From assembly GCA_030704615.1 (NCBI GenBank), contig CM060731.1, positions 7,254,001 through 7,318,000 of the forward strand: a stretch of DNA of 64,000 nucleotides, in the 5' to 3' direction. The position numbers and the translations under genes are program-made. Source of the stretch: Takakia lepidozioides. Taxonomy: Eukaryota > Plantae > Bryophyta. Positions 25,042-39,549 of the stretch are shown piece after piece. Numbering within the stretch: the stretch's first letter is position 1; the number at the start of each line of letters is the position of its first letter. The notes beneath the pieces were generated by a model. That model was not told where the DNA came from and ran no database searches. It worked only from the letters and a program-made list of their open reading frames with translations.

Positions 25042-28000
25042 CTCTTCTGTCTGATCTACAAGCTAGAGCCTTGATGACGCTGCACCTTCCCCCCCACTCC
25101 CTTCCAGAACTAATCGCCTCTCCCTCTCCTGTTTACACGAACTTCATGAATTTGCTTCACTCAGTCACTTTAGTTTCGCCAATGGCATGCTATCTAACCA
25201 GCCTACACCAAGAGATAAAGAGATAGAGCTGTGACTGATTTCAACTACCTACTGCCCTCGGACAATCAAAATGAGTCCACACTGTTGGTCCTCAAAGACT
25301 TTAAAGGTTACATCAAAACCCACTGGGCCTGCCAGCATCAAAGGTCCACTAACGGAGAGAGAACCAGTACCACACTAGTTTGCCAGACTGGAGCGTTGGG
25401 CCTCATTTCAATGCTTCACGTCCTATAAGCAAGGGACCCACCATGGCCGAAGTCCTCAGTACTAAACTCTAATATAAACGGACAAAACTAGTGACCCCAA
25501 AACCTTGTCATCGTCCTGGTTTGGTTACCGCCGAGGGGACGAGCTTCGGGTATTTCTGGTCTCAAATCCACAGCTGCATGCCTCATAACCATCCCATTCT
25601 GCTCAGAATCTTTGACTGTTCTTGACCCATGGTGGGCCCCTTGGCACAATCCCCAATTGTCGACTCGCCGTTGTCCTCCGAGGTCACAAACGACTCTCCT
25701 GTCCGGCTGTGGCGCTGCGGTCGGCTCCTTACGCTTGAGCTACAAGAAAGAGATCTCCCGAAAGCTTGTGCCACAAGCTTTCACTGCCATGGGCCCCATC
25801 CTTATACCAGAGACACACCACGACGAAGCTCGACCGATACGTATCTGACATATACTCGTACTTTGGTGGCAGCATATGAGCGCTCTGCATTCTTCCTGGG
25901 CCGCCCAAGTTCGTCACTCAAGTGCCTGGAAATACCTGTCCTGCATATACTAAGATAAGCTATGATACCCAGCACCCTTAAGTTGGGTCTTAATAAGACC
26001 CAAGAGGCACTGATCAGTGAGTCTGCCTTCAGGTTTCCGTAAGTGAAGGGGGTTTGATCTATCACACCTAGACCTCAAGAGACGACGAGAACATTGGTTG
26101 ATTCGTTAACATGAGGTCTGATGAAATGAGTAAACAGTTCTTCTCTCCTATTCCTGAAATCCATTCTCATGAATATGATCACCACTGTGAATATTGCTAC
26201 ATGGGCTATTCTTATTATTTTGTGAAGAGGAAACGCCTGGGAGCAACCAGTAGCCCTGCAAGGCACTTCTTGCTACAGCCCCTTAAATTTAATACCCTGT
26301 TTACCTTACACTCTTCACCTCCAAGGCCAAACATAAAGTATGCCTGCAAGGTGGGGCCGCCCAGCTTCAGACCTCAACACTGATGTGTCTCTCAAGCTCT
26401 TCGCTACAACAATTGGAGACCGAACTGTAACGCTCGGAGAGTGATATTTCAACTTATGGAGCAGGTTATAAAACTGCGACCTTGAGTGGATCTGTTTGCA
26501 GGGTTGTTTGATACGTGAAGTGAAGCAAGGCAAGCCTACTTCATCCACCATCGTACAAATACAGCTGGGTCGGAACGATAACGACCTTCTTTCCTGTATT
26601 AGCCTCAAGCTGCTTCACCTAATTTGAAATGTCAGCCTGGAACAAGCCTGTGATGAGGAAACCAAGTGGCCCCTCCACCTCTTGATGTGCATTACTGGAG
26701 GAGACAGGAGGAGATCATCATCCGGATTCCGAAAAAAGCATGACAGCGTCCGAATGACCGGAGACAAAAAGACAAAGATATGTGGATATGTGCAGCTGAG
26801 ACCAACACCTGGTCCCACCTGTCAAGCAATGACGCCACTGGTTGCCTGACATGCCCATACAAACCAACACGCAACGGGTGTACTGTACTCTCTCGTCCTG
26901 ATACTAATCGGGATAGTTCATCTCCCAGAGAGCCAATGGCCAGTCTGCCGAAACTTAGTTGTCATCCACACATACCCGATATCCTGCCAGATCAAACTAT
27001 CTTATCGAATTGAGATCAAAAGGTCAAAAGATGGATTCAGCATTTTCGGACGCACTCGGAGATTGAACCAAGATTTAAGAATCAGAGGAGTCAGAGGATG
27101 TGCGGTTGCCGGTTTCCCAGAAAGTACCATCGAACACCTCACATTACCCAATGCTGCTTGCCGTGAGAAAGACAACAGCAGAGATGACCGCTCCCTAACT
27201 ATTTCGCGGAAGGCAACAAACTCTTGCAATTCAGGAGCCCACAAAGTAAGTACTATTCGATTGAATCCACGGTTAAAATATTGAAGTCTGCAAATTTATT
27301 TTATCGAATCAATGCACATCTGAAATGTTGCAAGGACAGTTCGATTGGATTCACTGTGGAGTTGTGTTCAAAGTTGGGCTCTACAACAGAAGAGTCTACA
27401 TGAACAGAGGGGAGAGACGTGATAGAGTAGACTCTCAGACATGGCTATGGCGGCAGTACCAGCATGCATTTGCAGCAGCACGGCTGCAATCAAGCCAAAA
27501 CAATCAGGGGTGGCCGTTTTCACGGACTAGAACGCCTCACGTGTGACCGATGCATCGCGTGTGAGTTTCCTTGGAATCCTCAAAATCTGCAAAGTGGAGA
27601 TGGGTTGCATTCACCAGTACGAGCTGTAGCTACTGAGACAGCCGTGCAGCCCTCGACCAGCGCTACCGAACAGGTGCTGTCTCTCTTTATCCATCCTTTC
27701 TGCATGCCTGTGTGGAATGAAGAGATTGATATTCGCTCACGGAACGGGTAAATCGGTGAAAAGGACGAGGACGTAGTGGATCTACCGGGGTAATCCAAGA
27801 TCAGAATCTATAATGAAACGAGAATTTGAGTGCCGAGGTGCCTCTGATGTAAGTGTTCGCGTGAGAGTCATACATGGTCCAAGTAAACTTCGCCAAAAGG
27901 AAGGAAACAACTTGGGTCTTGCTGGGTGCTCCTGTTAATTCTATCGACTTGAAAGTTATATATGTAAACTACCGATGGATAGACATATGGAGTTGTTCTT

Positions 28001-28955
28001 CCATCCCAGCTTCGTTCTTCGAGGTATTCTGCCCATGTTGCTTTGTTTGCTCTTCCATCAAAACTGACACGTTTAGAGAAATCGGCAGCATTGCACCTCT
28101 TCAGGACCTCTTCAGGACTAATACTAAGGGTGTCATCTGAAGGACGGCCTGTGTCTTCATCAGTTTCAAGACTTGTCTCCCTTCTGTGATTGCGTCATTG
28201 TGTTTGTGTTTCCACCTCTAGTTCGCAGTCTACGTTTTCTTCACCCTCCTGGTGGCTACATGTACATTGGAGGTCCACGAGACCTGGAAACCCAACATTC
28301 TTGAGTCACATGTTAGGCTCTTGTTTTCCGAGGTTCCTTACTTCTAAATCTTGACACTGGGTCTAATTATCTTGCACCATCACAAAAACGGACATCAAAA
28401 TTGATCTTCCATTGGTCGTTCATTGCACTTCAAAGTGAGCTGACTCTGCTGGAACCCGATCTTCATTTATTTGGCCAGTCAATCACAACTTAGCGGACCT
28501 CCAAGTGCCCTACTGAAATCTCTCTGCGGGTGCGAGTAAAATCTCTGACCAAAAATCATGTCATTGCAACGTAAGGTGATTCTGTCTCACTTGGGACTGG
28601 TTCTTGGCAGGGGAAAATTCTTTATGCAGAGCAAAATATAGAACGGACTTCTGAACCCCACTTTCTGGACAACACATCAACAGGCCAGCGGTTGCGTGTG
28701 CCTCAACTGATCATGTATGCAGTCTCCCAGAACCTTCACCTACTTTGGTACCAATTCATTTTGTTCTGTACTTTTAGTTTGTTTCTCAGTCCCTGCCACT
28801 GATTTTTCTCTTGTATGAAACTTGCATCTGAGGACTCCTTTCTCTGCCTCTCTGTTCTCTGTTCTTACTTATTCCCAGCCCCTTCTCCCCCCTGCTTGGG
28901 TGCAATGTGTGCCATGTATAGTGGAATGATACAATCTGTCTCTCTTTCAAACGTC

Positions 28956-29998
28956 AGCAAATGTGCAGTGGTAGCATTCAACGACAGAGGAGAGGGAGGA
29001 AGTGATCTTAAGTGGCAGTGGGGTAGCCAAGAGATCCCGGTCCTCCCTTCCTACACTTACCTGGGCGTTGAGTTCTCCTCCAATTGTAATTGGGATGCAC
29101 ATATCCGGAAAGTTGTTCAAACTGGCAAGGGCAAAGCTCTGGGGCTCACTAAATTTTTCCACTGCAGAGGGGTCAACTCTGAGGTTAAGAAAACCATGCT
29201 TTGTCGCGTTATTACACCTGCCTTGGAGTACGGATCTGCTATATGGGTTGATAACTCCAACCAGGCTAAGTCTCTAGAATCCATTCAAGTGGGGGTGCTT
29301 AAGGAGTGTATGTCAGCATGCTCCAAAACAGCCAATGTGGCTGTTCGGGGTGAGTTTGGCATTCCGTCCTTAAGTTCCCAACGAGATGAATTCAAGGTCA
29401 GATGGTGGGGTCAGCTGCAACATATGCCCAACACCAGATATCCTAAGTTTATCGACTCTATATCTTGGAAACAGGACCGCCCTGTCAAACAGGCTAAGTC
29501 CTGGCAGAAGAGAGTAGAAGAGATCCTCAAGGACCTTAATCCGCAAGTCTTGACCCTGCTGGATAAATCTGACTTAGAGGCTGTAGTGTCCTCAGCCATG
29601 TCTGTAATTGCCCGTTGTGTGGGCAATCTGAAGACAGTATTCATTTTCTGATACACTGTCCGGGGTTCTCTCACCAAAGAGACGCTCTCTTCAAATCTAT
29701 TAAGGGAATTGTGCCTGTACCCCTGTTTACCAACTTTGAAAGTCTCGAGGCTGAGCCAAAAGCCCAGGCCCTCCTGAGGCCTAGTTTTTGGGCAAATCAC
29801 ACACAGCAGATTGATGCTTGTGTGAAGGGATTTCTAGAGGATATCTGGAAAACCTGGATTAATTCTTTATATGGAGGTAAGTCTGACTACCAACGTCAGC
29901 CCCTGACAGAGGTAGGTTCTGTCCCTTTTGTTCCCGCTCAAACTGGGCGTGGGGTCAATGGCCACAAGGCTACGGCAAACACCGTCTTATGAGTACAA
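28956..29998 (+). mobile_element. 5'-truncated LINE (end of RT plus C-terminal Cys/His domain)
   Basis: SKCAVV..YTYLGVEF..WDAHI..LEYG..W (RT thumb region) and, after a frameshift, CGQSEDSIHFLIHC; 15-bp TSD TCTCTTTCAAACGTC (28941-28955, 29999-30013); no poly-A. Confidence 0.85.
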
Positions 29999-32900
29999 TC
30001 TCTTTCAAACGTCTACTTGACGGCACGGTTGATGAAAACTAGATGGTTAGCAGGCTTGACACTAAGAAGCAAGTCAAACATCTCTCAGCTCTGTACCCAG
30101 GTGGTGTAAAGTAAACATACATGCCACTGCAAAGAGACTGGGCAGCGTTGAAGCAATGGTCAGAGTTGTACCACTGAGCCATCCCTTAGCACATTGAACC
30201 CTGTATGACAAGTGAAAGTTCTGAATTTGTGCTACCAAGTCAACCAGAAAAAGCCAGTATCATAATGCTGAGTTTCCCCAGCATGAATCCTAGTGGCCTT
30301 GTTTATCTCTTAGGGCTGTTGCTGCCTGGCACAAGGTTGTTACTTTGTAATGGTCACGTACACTTTGGTCAGGGCCTTCTCTCCATTTTCTTCCAACTCT
30401 TATTGGACACTACCAGTGTATTCTCGAGTTGTGCAGGTTCATGAAGCTAAAGCGTGATCAAATTCTTAAGGAAGAATTCCAAGCAGACACACTGGCTGGG
30501 GCACTGTCTGGAAATGAAGTTGTGCTTAACTTGGAAAAGCCAAGGATCTGGAACTCCCTACCCCAAATATGAGGGTGAGTGGTGGATCCCCTTCTTGCCA
30601 ACCAAGGAGGCCTAGATAGCGCTTATGTAAATATCAGAAGGTTTGAAATAATTGTGTACCTCAGGGCATTTTGTTAGTCCAAAATGTGTCCATGCAAATT
30701 GGCTCCTCAGCAACAGAACAAGGTGGCACCAACAACAGAGTGTCTGATAGGTGTCTCGATTCGAAGAGGTCCTGTGCTTTGAGAGACAGAGATACATGGA
30801 TAGAGTGAGTAGCAACAATACTCGAATATGAAGCCTGTACTCCCGACACGCATTGAAGTTCAGCTCTTATGAGGGAGTCCAGAACAGGAGACATGGCGCG
30901 GTTTCTTTTGGGGGGGCAACAGATGGTGCTACTTAACAGTGATAACAGTGATAATCTGCATGATCGTCAGACCAAAAAAGCAAAACTTTCACTAGGTCAT
31001 TGACCTACTCCAGTTTCAGCATAGGCAAATGTCTTCAGAGCGAAGGAGGTTCTTCCCATACACATAGCTTGTCCTCGAAGATTGGAGTTAGTCAGTAAAT
31101 GTCCTTAAGTTAGTGTGATTCTGTGCACCTCATGGCAGGAAAGAGTGCAAATGATGCTTGTTAATTGTACACATGTCATGATTCCAGTTTTGCTTGATCC
31201 ATGAACGATCACCGTCTTCACCCATTTGAAGGTTGTGGTGTGATGTGTGAAGCACATGAGCAGTCTTTGTGAGCACCCAATCTCCAGCCTCTGTAATTCA
31301 TAAGCTTCATGCTTGCGATTACTCATTGGCGAACCCCTCTGCTTGTTCAAGTCAAAGAACTCTGACAACATTGTGGCACCAACATCATGCGAGAAGACTG
31401 CTGCCTGAAAGAGTTCATCACAATGCAAATCCGCCCAAGGCCTCATAGCAACTGTTAATTTCGTAAATCTGAAGGACCGATTTTGGGTCTTGAGATGCTA
31501 AAGTTAGAATTTTGTGTAAATGACAGATTAGGGGTCAGACCTATTACGGAAACCCGTGATTGACGGTCACCATCGTTCACCTAAAAGTCTTCGGTTTGGG
31601 GCAAGAGTGTCACAGAGAGCGGAAGAGAATGTTTCTTCCGAGATTGCAAGTCTTACTGTGTCTGGAATGTGATCGCATATCAATTGGGTGTTTTGTGCTT
31701 ACTCTGTGGGTGCGGTGATGTGTGCATACTGAGAGAGAGAAAGAGTTGAGCTTATGCCATCCGGGAAAACAGTCAGTTGCAAGAATACAGATTGTGGGTT
31801 GTTGCTTTGACGTTGTCAGATCCTCATCTACAATCGTTTTTCCCTCTAGTAAAGAGGGAGAGAGAGACGGAGCTCGTCGATTCGAACGTCTCGAAAGGGA
31901 CGAGGGGAGGTTATGAAAGTATACGAGCAGCGTCTGGTGGAGTGAGCTTCCTCAGAGAGAGAGGAGAAGAGCGAGGTACTCGACAATGGACCATGGCTGA
32001 GGAGAAAGCCAACAGCAGGGAAGTAAGAAGCACAGGTCTCAGAGTGGAAGAAGACGCGTTCTTGAGGTCTCAAGAGACGAGCATCTGCTGTCAAAAACTT
32101 CCTTTGAGATTTCACAGCGCAGATTCTACAGGTTTGATGAGAGCAAGTCGGTGGTCAGATCCCACACTCGAGATCCCTCAGCACAGATTTTATCCGCTTC
32201 GATAGGGAGGAAGATAGTGGTGAAGTCCCCAGTTAGCTTGAAGTGCCTGGACTGGTGCACTATTGATGTGGTGAGTGTTCTCTCATGCGACATGATATGT
32301 CAGATGTGTTCTACTTCTCTCCCACCTGGATTCCTCTCGGCCATAATATTCGTCATGCCTTCTTCAACGATATTGACCCTTCTCTTTAGTATCACTATGG
32401 AGGTCTTAGATGATCTTGCCCTTAGTTGGAAGTTGAGTTAGCGTACTGAATAAATGCTGTTCGGAATGTGGATATGGAGGAGCAACTTCAATGCCATCCC
32501 CACCAATGTAATCTTACAACCTATGTGGACCCAGAAAGTTGGTGGAGTAATTGGTAACAAAGTTCCTGTCTACATTCTTTATCCCTCCCAACCCCTCCCC
32601 CACCCCCTCCAACAACCTTCCGTTGTCCAAGAATCCAGCTCGCATGAGGGATGTGTCCTGCAGTAAAATTTTGTGGCAGAGCCAAGCCCTAAAGTTATAT
32701 GATCATCCTTATATTGCATTGTCCACCACTGCATTGATTGCGATCGTTGGAGGCTGTGCTCAAAGAAGTTGTTTTCCCTGAAATCTTTTGTGTTTATTGC
32801 TTATTTATAACCACTCCGCCAACCAGTCGGCATAAAAATTGCAGTATTAGTTGCTGAACATGTACTTACCCTAACAAGGTTTGTACTTTCACAACCTCTG

Positions 32901-33424
32901 GGATCTGCTAGTGAGGTTTTATTTGAATCGTCCGGCGTGGCACCATATCTCAGTACCTGTAACACTAGATCTCAATCCCATGCACTCAAACCTCCACCCC
33001 TTTTGCATAGTTGTTGAACTTTTTTCAGTATGAAGGACTTTGAAACATCCATTGGCCATCTCCCAGGAAAGCGTAAACTTCACAGGTACTTGCAATAATC
33101 AGCTGTGAGAGGGCTACATTTGTGACGCTATCATTTGTGGTTCCAAGTAAAACCAAGAGCTGATAGCCTATCCACAGGGCATCAAAATGCCATCTGGACT
33201 GTTATGCCCATTCTTTCTATAGAACTGTCTTTTGCTGATTTGATCCTATCATCTTTTGCATGTCATTTCGCATTGCTCGTAAAGCAATACAGTCCTGCCT
33301 TTCTCTGCCTGCAGTGGGCTTGTGGGCATGAACATGTCTTCTTGAACAGAGCTAGAAGACAGAACAGGAAAAGGAGTATGATAGACTCAGATATGCAAAG
33401 AATTGGGGGCACTGATTTACCAGA

Positions 33425-36400
33425 ATGCCACCTGCCATACCAGGACCAGGGTGCAAAAGTGGAGGACAGAGAAAGGTGGAGGAAAACGACGCAATGAACA
33501 TGGATGGAGGGTTCCAAGTCGATCTGATGGACCCACCTGCACCATCTCAAGACCCCTTTGTTCCGGAGGCTCATGTAGTACTTCCTCATCCCCTCCCCAC
33601 TCCTTCCCGCAGTAGAGGGGGTGCCTCAACCTCTGACCAACGATTTCTTCTTGTCTTCATCCTTGGAACCTACTTTGGACCCGACTTGCGACATGAAATT
33701 CCACGCAAGAGTGCATTGCAACGGATTGCTGTGCAGGAACCACCATACTCCCCTGATTTGCTGGGGGGGTCAGTTTTTAAACTCTCAGAGATTGAGAGCA
33801 TTTATTACTTTATCCTCAGGTATATGTTTCTGTTTCAATGTTTTTGTTTGTCACTTTGGTCATTCACTTTCCTGTTTGGGAAGGTCAGCCTTCTATTACC
33901 ACCTGGTGTGAGCCTTGTATACTTAGCAATCTTATGGTTGCTTTGAATTGTTGTAGTGCCAGACATGCTCTTTCCCTCCTTTTTAAGATGAAGATTTTCG
34001 CTATCCTTGAGGATAAGTTCTTTAAAAGTGAACAAGCTGAAGCCTGGACTCAGCTTGTATGGAGATTTTATGAACTGAGTAGGACTTAGTACCTCTCATT
34101 TGAGTGGAATTTGAAACCTTGAGTAGGCTCCATACCTCTCGACAGTAGAATCCCCTTATAGAGAACACATGTTATTCTGGGGGCATGCTGGTTTACGCAG
34201 TCCATTTTTCTTATGTGTTCAGTGGGCATTCTTCCAAGCGAGATTGCCCTTTTTGCAAGCATCAAGATAGTATCACTGCACCTTCTTGCTTGGTTATTGA
34301 TTGTCAAGACCATGCCTCTGTGACCCTCCTTGGGTCTGATCTGGGGCATTTTTTGGCATCAAATTGGTGCTGTGGTAAGGACATTCCTGGAGCATATCTA
34401 GAAAACCGGAACCAACTTTGTTCACTGAATGAGTTCCTTTAATATGGCTATCCTGTTCCTTCTCCCAACTTCTTGTCCTTTTGCTCCATGTAATCCAGCT
34501 GCAGAGTGTGTGGCCACAAGGCTCCAGTTGAATGAGTAGCTCTTCTCTCCTTCCCCCATATATCCAAGGCCATAAGGCTACGGCAAGCAAAGTCTTAAGA
34601 GTCCATTCTCTCTTCCCCAATTTATCCAATGCGCTGTAATTGTTTGAAGAAGATTACTATACTGACTACGTAATTTTGTGTCTTAGAAACTCGAATCCTT
34701 GTGCACGTGTGAAACTCCAATCTTTGTACAAGTTTTTGCATGGCCACCTCACCCCCCCTGTGCGGGAGCCACTCGATGACCAGCGACAGTTCCCTGACTT
34801 TTTCCCGCCTCAATTACACCGGCAGTCACGGTATAAGGGCACATACAAAGTTGTGGAGAGCCTCGTTTTCATCGATAGCCCCGATTCTTCCTACATCAAT
34901 GCGGATGACCTTAAGAGGTGTCTCTCTCTCTCTCTCTCTCCCATTTCCTTAGATGATGTTTCTTAGCTACACACCTATTGGCTTTGAATACCTCTTGTTT
35001 TGGTCGTTTACACTTCTCTTGTTTGTGGTAGCATGGGCTGCTTGAGCCTCAATGGTCTTCAAACACTAACTTTGTGGCCTGCATTCATGTGCTGAGACAC
35101 AACAATGCTGCAAAATGGCATTTTTAGCAAACATCATAAGACATTGACACATCTAAACCAGCTGCTTGAACGATACACTGACAAGTTAATGCTTACCCAT
35201 GAGCAGTAACAGGACTAATATGGTAAGAAATGATGGAGACTGGATCCAGCACACAAGATGACTCAGAAGGGCTCACCTCTTGACTGCAAATGAAGAATAT
35301 CGGCCCTTTCCTCAGAACTGTTCTCCTACTGACTAAGCTTTTGGCTTCACTCAGGTCATTCTCTGCACTTCACAAATTCTCTGCCCATACTAGCTGGCAA
35401 TATCTTAGAATTCTCGCGTTGGTGCTTGTGTCTGTAGGTTCAAGCAACTGAGCGGGCTGTCAGACCTGGCAGTTGATAGAGAGGAGGCCCGAACTTTTCA
35501 GCACGGACAGCGAACTGACCGTGACGAGGAGAGACAAGCCCGTTTTAATGCTGCAGCTGACGCACATGGCCACATTCTCCAGAGCCCGAGGTAAACTGTT
35601 TATTTTTCAGACATATGGCATACTTGTTGTGTCCCTTGGACATTGCATCCCATATTTAAGTTGTAGCAAGTGTTGAACTATTAGTCTGCAGCCATGTGAA
35701 ACCTTTTTGTTAACTTTACAACCAGCTCAAACCCTAGGATACAACAAAGATGCTCCAGTCATTACAGCAGTTTTCCATTGCCCAAAGCCTACCTATTCTT
35801 TCTCAGGTCAACCACATTGTCTTTTGCCAACAGGGGTCTGGGGGTAGTGGAGCATGCTCATGACCCTCGAAAGAAGAAGAAGAAGAAGGGGCAGATGGAG
35901 TTTTTGCCTGCACCGCCCATTGTACCGCCAAAAGTTGAGAGTTCCCAATGGAACCCCACCGAGGAAGTTGGGCCAGCGATGCTACTCCTGCCTGGGCTGC
36001 CCACTATAGAGCAATGGACGAATATGATCAATGCTGTGAAGCCTGCCATTATTTTCACTGGCACAGCAGCTGCTCGCCATGCAGGCCCTTTGATTGGATT
36101 GGTCGACATTGGGGTATGTGAGGATGCCTATCTCTTTCGAACTGCCCTTCCGGGTGTGAAGAAAGATGAAGGTATGACGTGGATGTGCACATGCATACAC
36201 TCTCTGTCACCCCCTTCAGTCTCTTCTGTTTGTGTGTCTGTCGCATTTTCTCTCCTTCCAATGGGTGTTCATCTCTCACTGTCTCTCAACATTGGTTTCC
36301 TAGATGATAGCTATATCGGCTCGCCCGCACTCAGTTCTGCATAACGGGATTGTCAGTGCTAGCGGAAATTCGGGACGAGTGTTGGCTGAAACCCCACAAC

Positions 36401-37169
36401 CCGCTCTGGGTGGATTAGCATCCTGCAGTGACTATGCCCTGAAGGGTATCATAGCATCAATTTCATTCACAAAGGTAGCTAGAAATCGAATATGCAAATC
36501 CAATATTATTTGCAAAGGTAGTCCTACTCCTAGATTGACCTTCTACTCATGGTAATGCCCTACATTCTACTCCTTTTTGTCCCCCACCTCCCTTCACTCC
36601 AAACTGCACCATGGCTGCAAGCACAATCTTCTCAGACATGCTTTCTCCCTTCTTCATTTGCTTGTGTATCGAGTGTAACGTTGGTCCCCACATGTTGTAC
36701 AACTTCTTCGAATTGCTAGGAATACAATGAGGATGAGCTCCCTTCACCTCTGAAGGAGTTGTAGAGACCACAATCAGAATGGTTCTATAAATTACAAATT
36801 CTTTGTCTTCGGCCAGATGATATCAGCTAACTTGCTGTCTCCATCATTTGCAAGACAGGAACCTTCACTAACTTGCATCAGTTCACTGATACAGGCGACT
36901 TCAACTGTGAAGTGGAATTTGATGGAAAAGTGACGATCAAGGGCACAACCACAACTGGCGAGCCCTGTGTGCTGAAAGGAACGCGGTTGTTCAAGATGCA
37001 GACGCAGCTCCTGTGCCCCCCAGGATCGTTCAGTGTTTCCTTCCATCTCCCCGGACCAGTAGAACCAAGCCAGTTCACTGGCACCTTTGGTTCAGATGGA
37101 ATTCTAGAAGGGGTTGTGATGAAACAAAGGGCACGCAGTGGGGCTGCTGCCCTTACTTTTGAGTCATGA
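33425..37169 (+). CDS. IDM2/IDM3-like (increased DNA methylation) alpha-crystallin-domain protein, 5 exons, about 463 aa
   Basis: Exons 33425-33819, 34687-34917, 35438-35590, 35834-36171, 36895-37169 = 1392 nt, all GT-AG. N-domain [18 protein letters not shown]; basic RKKKKKK run; [47 protein letters not shown]. The start could instead be 33494. Confidence 0.9.
34568..34605 (+). mobile_element. 38-bp LINE 3'-end insertion in intron 1 of the IDM-like gene
   Basis: Matches the 3' end of the 28956-29998 LINE (GGCCAYAAGGCTACGGCAA..GTCTTA.GAGT.CA); flanked by an imperfect ~24-bp duplication (34543-34567, 34606-34629). Confidence 0.7.
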
Positions 37170-39115
37170 AGAATGACAAGGTGTTATTGCTTGCCAATCA
37201 AGTCTGGATGGGCTAATGGCCTGCGTCATTTTCAGTAATGGTAGCGGCCCTTTCTCTCCCCAATTTGTGTGCGTTCTAAGGTTCATGGCCACAATATGAT
37301 AGCATGCACTGTTCACTGAAAGCAGAAACGGGAAACCCCTGAAGGTCGATTCACAAAGCCCCAAAATCTGCTCGATTTGATGTATTTAAGGGCTGACATG
37401 TTCATCCAGACACGTCCTGTTCTGCGTGATCATGGAGTGACCTCTGGAGACAAGTTTGGCATCCTGATGACTGGATATCAATAGGCCTCAGAAATCTGCA
37501 ACATGATGAAAGGTCAGTCAGGACTAGCCTACAAAGTGACACATTTGGAGGAATTTAATTGTTGTTATCTTGATAATTTGTCGCCCGTTCCACACTCTTA
37601 GTTTCCTTGTCTGGTGCAATGATTGCATTGCAGCCGTCATTCTGCCTTGTCCATCAATAAGTATGCGGAGTTGGTGTTTTGCATCCAAAACATTTGAAGC
37701 CATGACTTCAAATCTTTGTATGGAGTATGACAGTGTGGCTGACAACATATGGGGTGCCAGCAAGGGCAGGAGGTGCTTCATACCTCAGAGCCAGTCATTT
37801 CATTGCTGCTCTCACTCCAAGGTCTCTCGGCCTCACCACCATGCACTTTTGTTCTCTTTCCAAGCTCTGAAGCCCCTTGCAATCTGGTTTGGAACGCCGT
37901 TTCACTTCTTCAGGCTCCACCGCAAGTGTGTTCTCAGATCTCTCAATGTTTAGATTTTTGTCTTCCTGCTTCAGAGATCTGAAGGGACAGGTGTGAAGAA
38001 GACAACAGGCCGCTCTTGGACAGAATTCGTCTGCTCTACGACCATCCAAATCTCATTCGTTCAAATACAGGTAGAACTGGCAGCCCTATTTAGGAGCTCA
38101 GATCTCCGTATTGTCTGCCGTCAGATTTGAGGGGGCCCAATCCGTTGGATTCCATACCATAAGTACAAACGGTATGGGATATATGGAGCCCATAAATAGA
38201 TGACGTACAGTAAGGTCCTGCGGCTATTAAGTACGACACTTTACTTTAACCCCTAATTTCCCCAACCCTGGGCCATCAATATATGAAACAAGGTAGATTG
38301 TTTGTTTATTTTGTAGCATTGAGATCTCCCAAACCACGGGTCCAGCCCCGGTGCTTGGAAAGCCCTCCGTGAGGACGGGTGCACCCCCCTTGGTCTCATG
38401 ATTTTTAGACCTGCGGTGCGGGAGCTATGGAGTTTTTCTCCTTATTTCTGGACTAAACTTTAGTCCAAATTTACTTAAAATTGTGTTATAGCTTAGAAGT
38501 ACGTTCTTTGCGCCATTGGTAGCTGGAAATTTGTGAAAAATAGCAAAGTGGGCTTTTACCAAATTCCAATCTCTGAATCACATTACATTGTTGCTCATTT
38601 TTGTTCATGTTTACAATATTCTTTAACCCCTAAAAGACGAGAGCTTTTTTGCGATTTTTATAAAAACTTGAGATGGCCTGACTCGAGTGGATGTATATTG
38701 CTGCCAAAGTTCATCGATGAATTGTACAATGTTATCAGTAACTACATCATACATGTGATCAAAAAATTTCAAATCATTCCACCGTTGGAATGAGCAGATT
38801 ATAAGGGGGGAGTGACCCCCAATTTGTAGGCTCATACAAAATCTCATGGAAAAACTTGGTTTGACCACCAATTTTCTCCATGTTCCAGCTCTGGGTTTAC
38901 CTCTAATTTTTGACCAATTGCTGCCTACCAAGTGGAGGACATTGTGCCCAAAATTGAGCATGTAATGACATGTTTTCATTAATGTCCCTTTGTATGTAAC
39001 TGCTTAGGGGTACCTGTGGGCAAAAAGAACACAGTTTTTCCTTAGATATAGCAAGCAGCGAAAATTTTGCATGAAATTGAAAATTTCAACCGTGAGTAGA
39101 TGTCAAGTAGGATTA

Positions 39116-39549
39116 CCGTAGTCGGCAGGCTGATTCGGCAGTAAATAATTAGAAATGAACATGCCTAATAAATTTAGAAAAATTTGTCAAAATTTCAGAA
39201 ATTTATGAAAACAAATGCCTAAAATCTCAAACAATCTACTCAAAGATGTTTCAAGACACAAAATATTTTCCTAGAGCTTGTGGTGCTTTAGCTCTAAGAA
39301 ATCCTAGAATAATTGGCTGAACAATCACTGCATTGACCAGATGCTCTCATGGCTCTTAACAACCCACATAATTTTTTTACCACATCTGGTACAGTAGATA
39401 GAGCAAGTTCATGCTGGGAGTCACTGCCGAATTACTTAAATATACTCGTGGCATTACCATAAAAATCTCCTGAAGTTATGCCGGAGTGTTTTGTTGTAAC
39501 GAAAATGAATATTCGGCACTTCACTGCCGGATCAGCCTGCCGACTACGG
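39116..39549. mobile_element. Tc1/mariner (pogo-like) MITE
   Basis: 27-bp TIR CCGTAGTCGGCAGGCTGATYCGGCAGT with one mismatch; TA TSD at 39114-39115 and 39550-39551. Confidence 0.88.
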
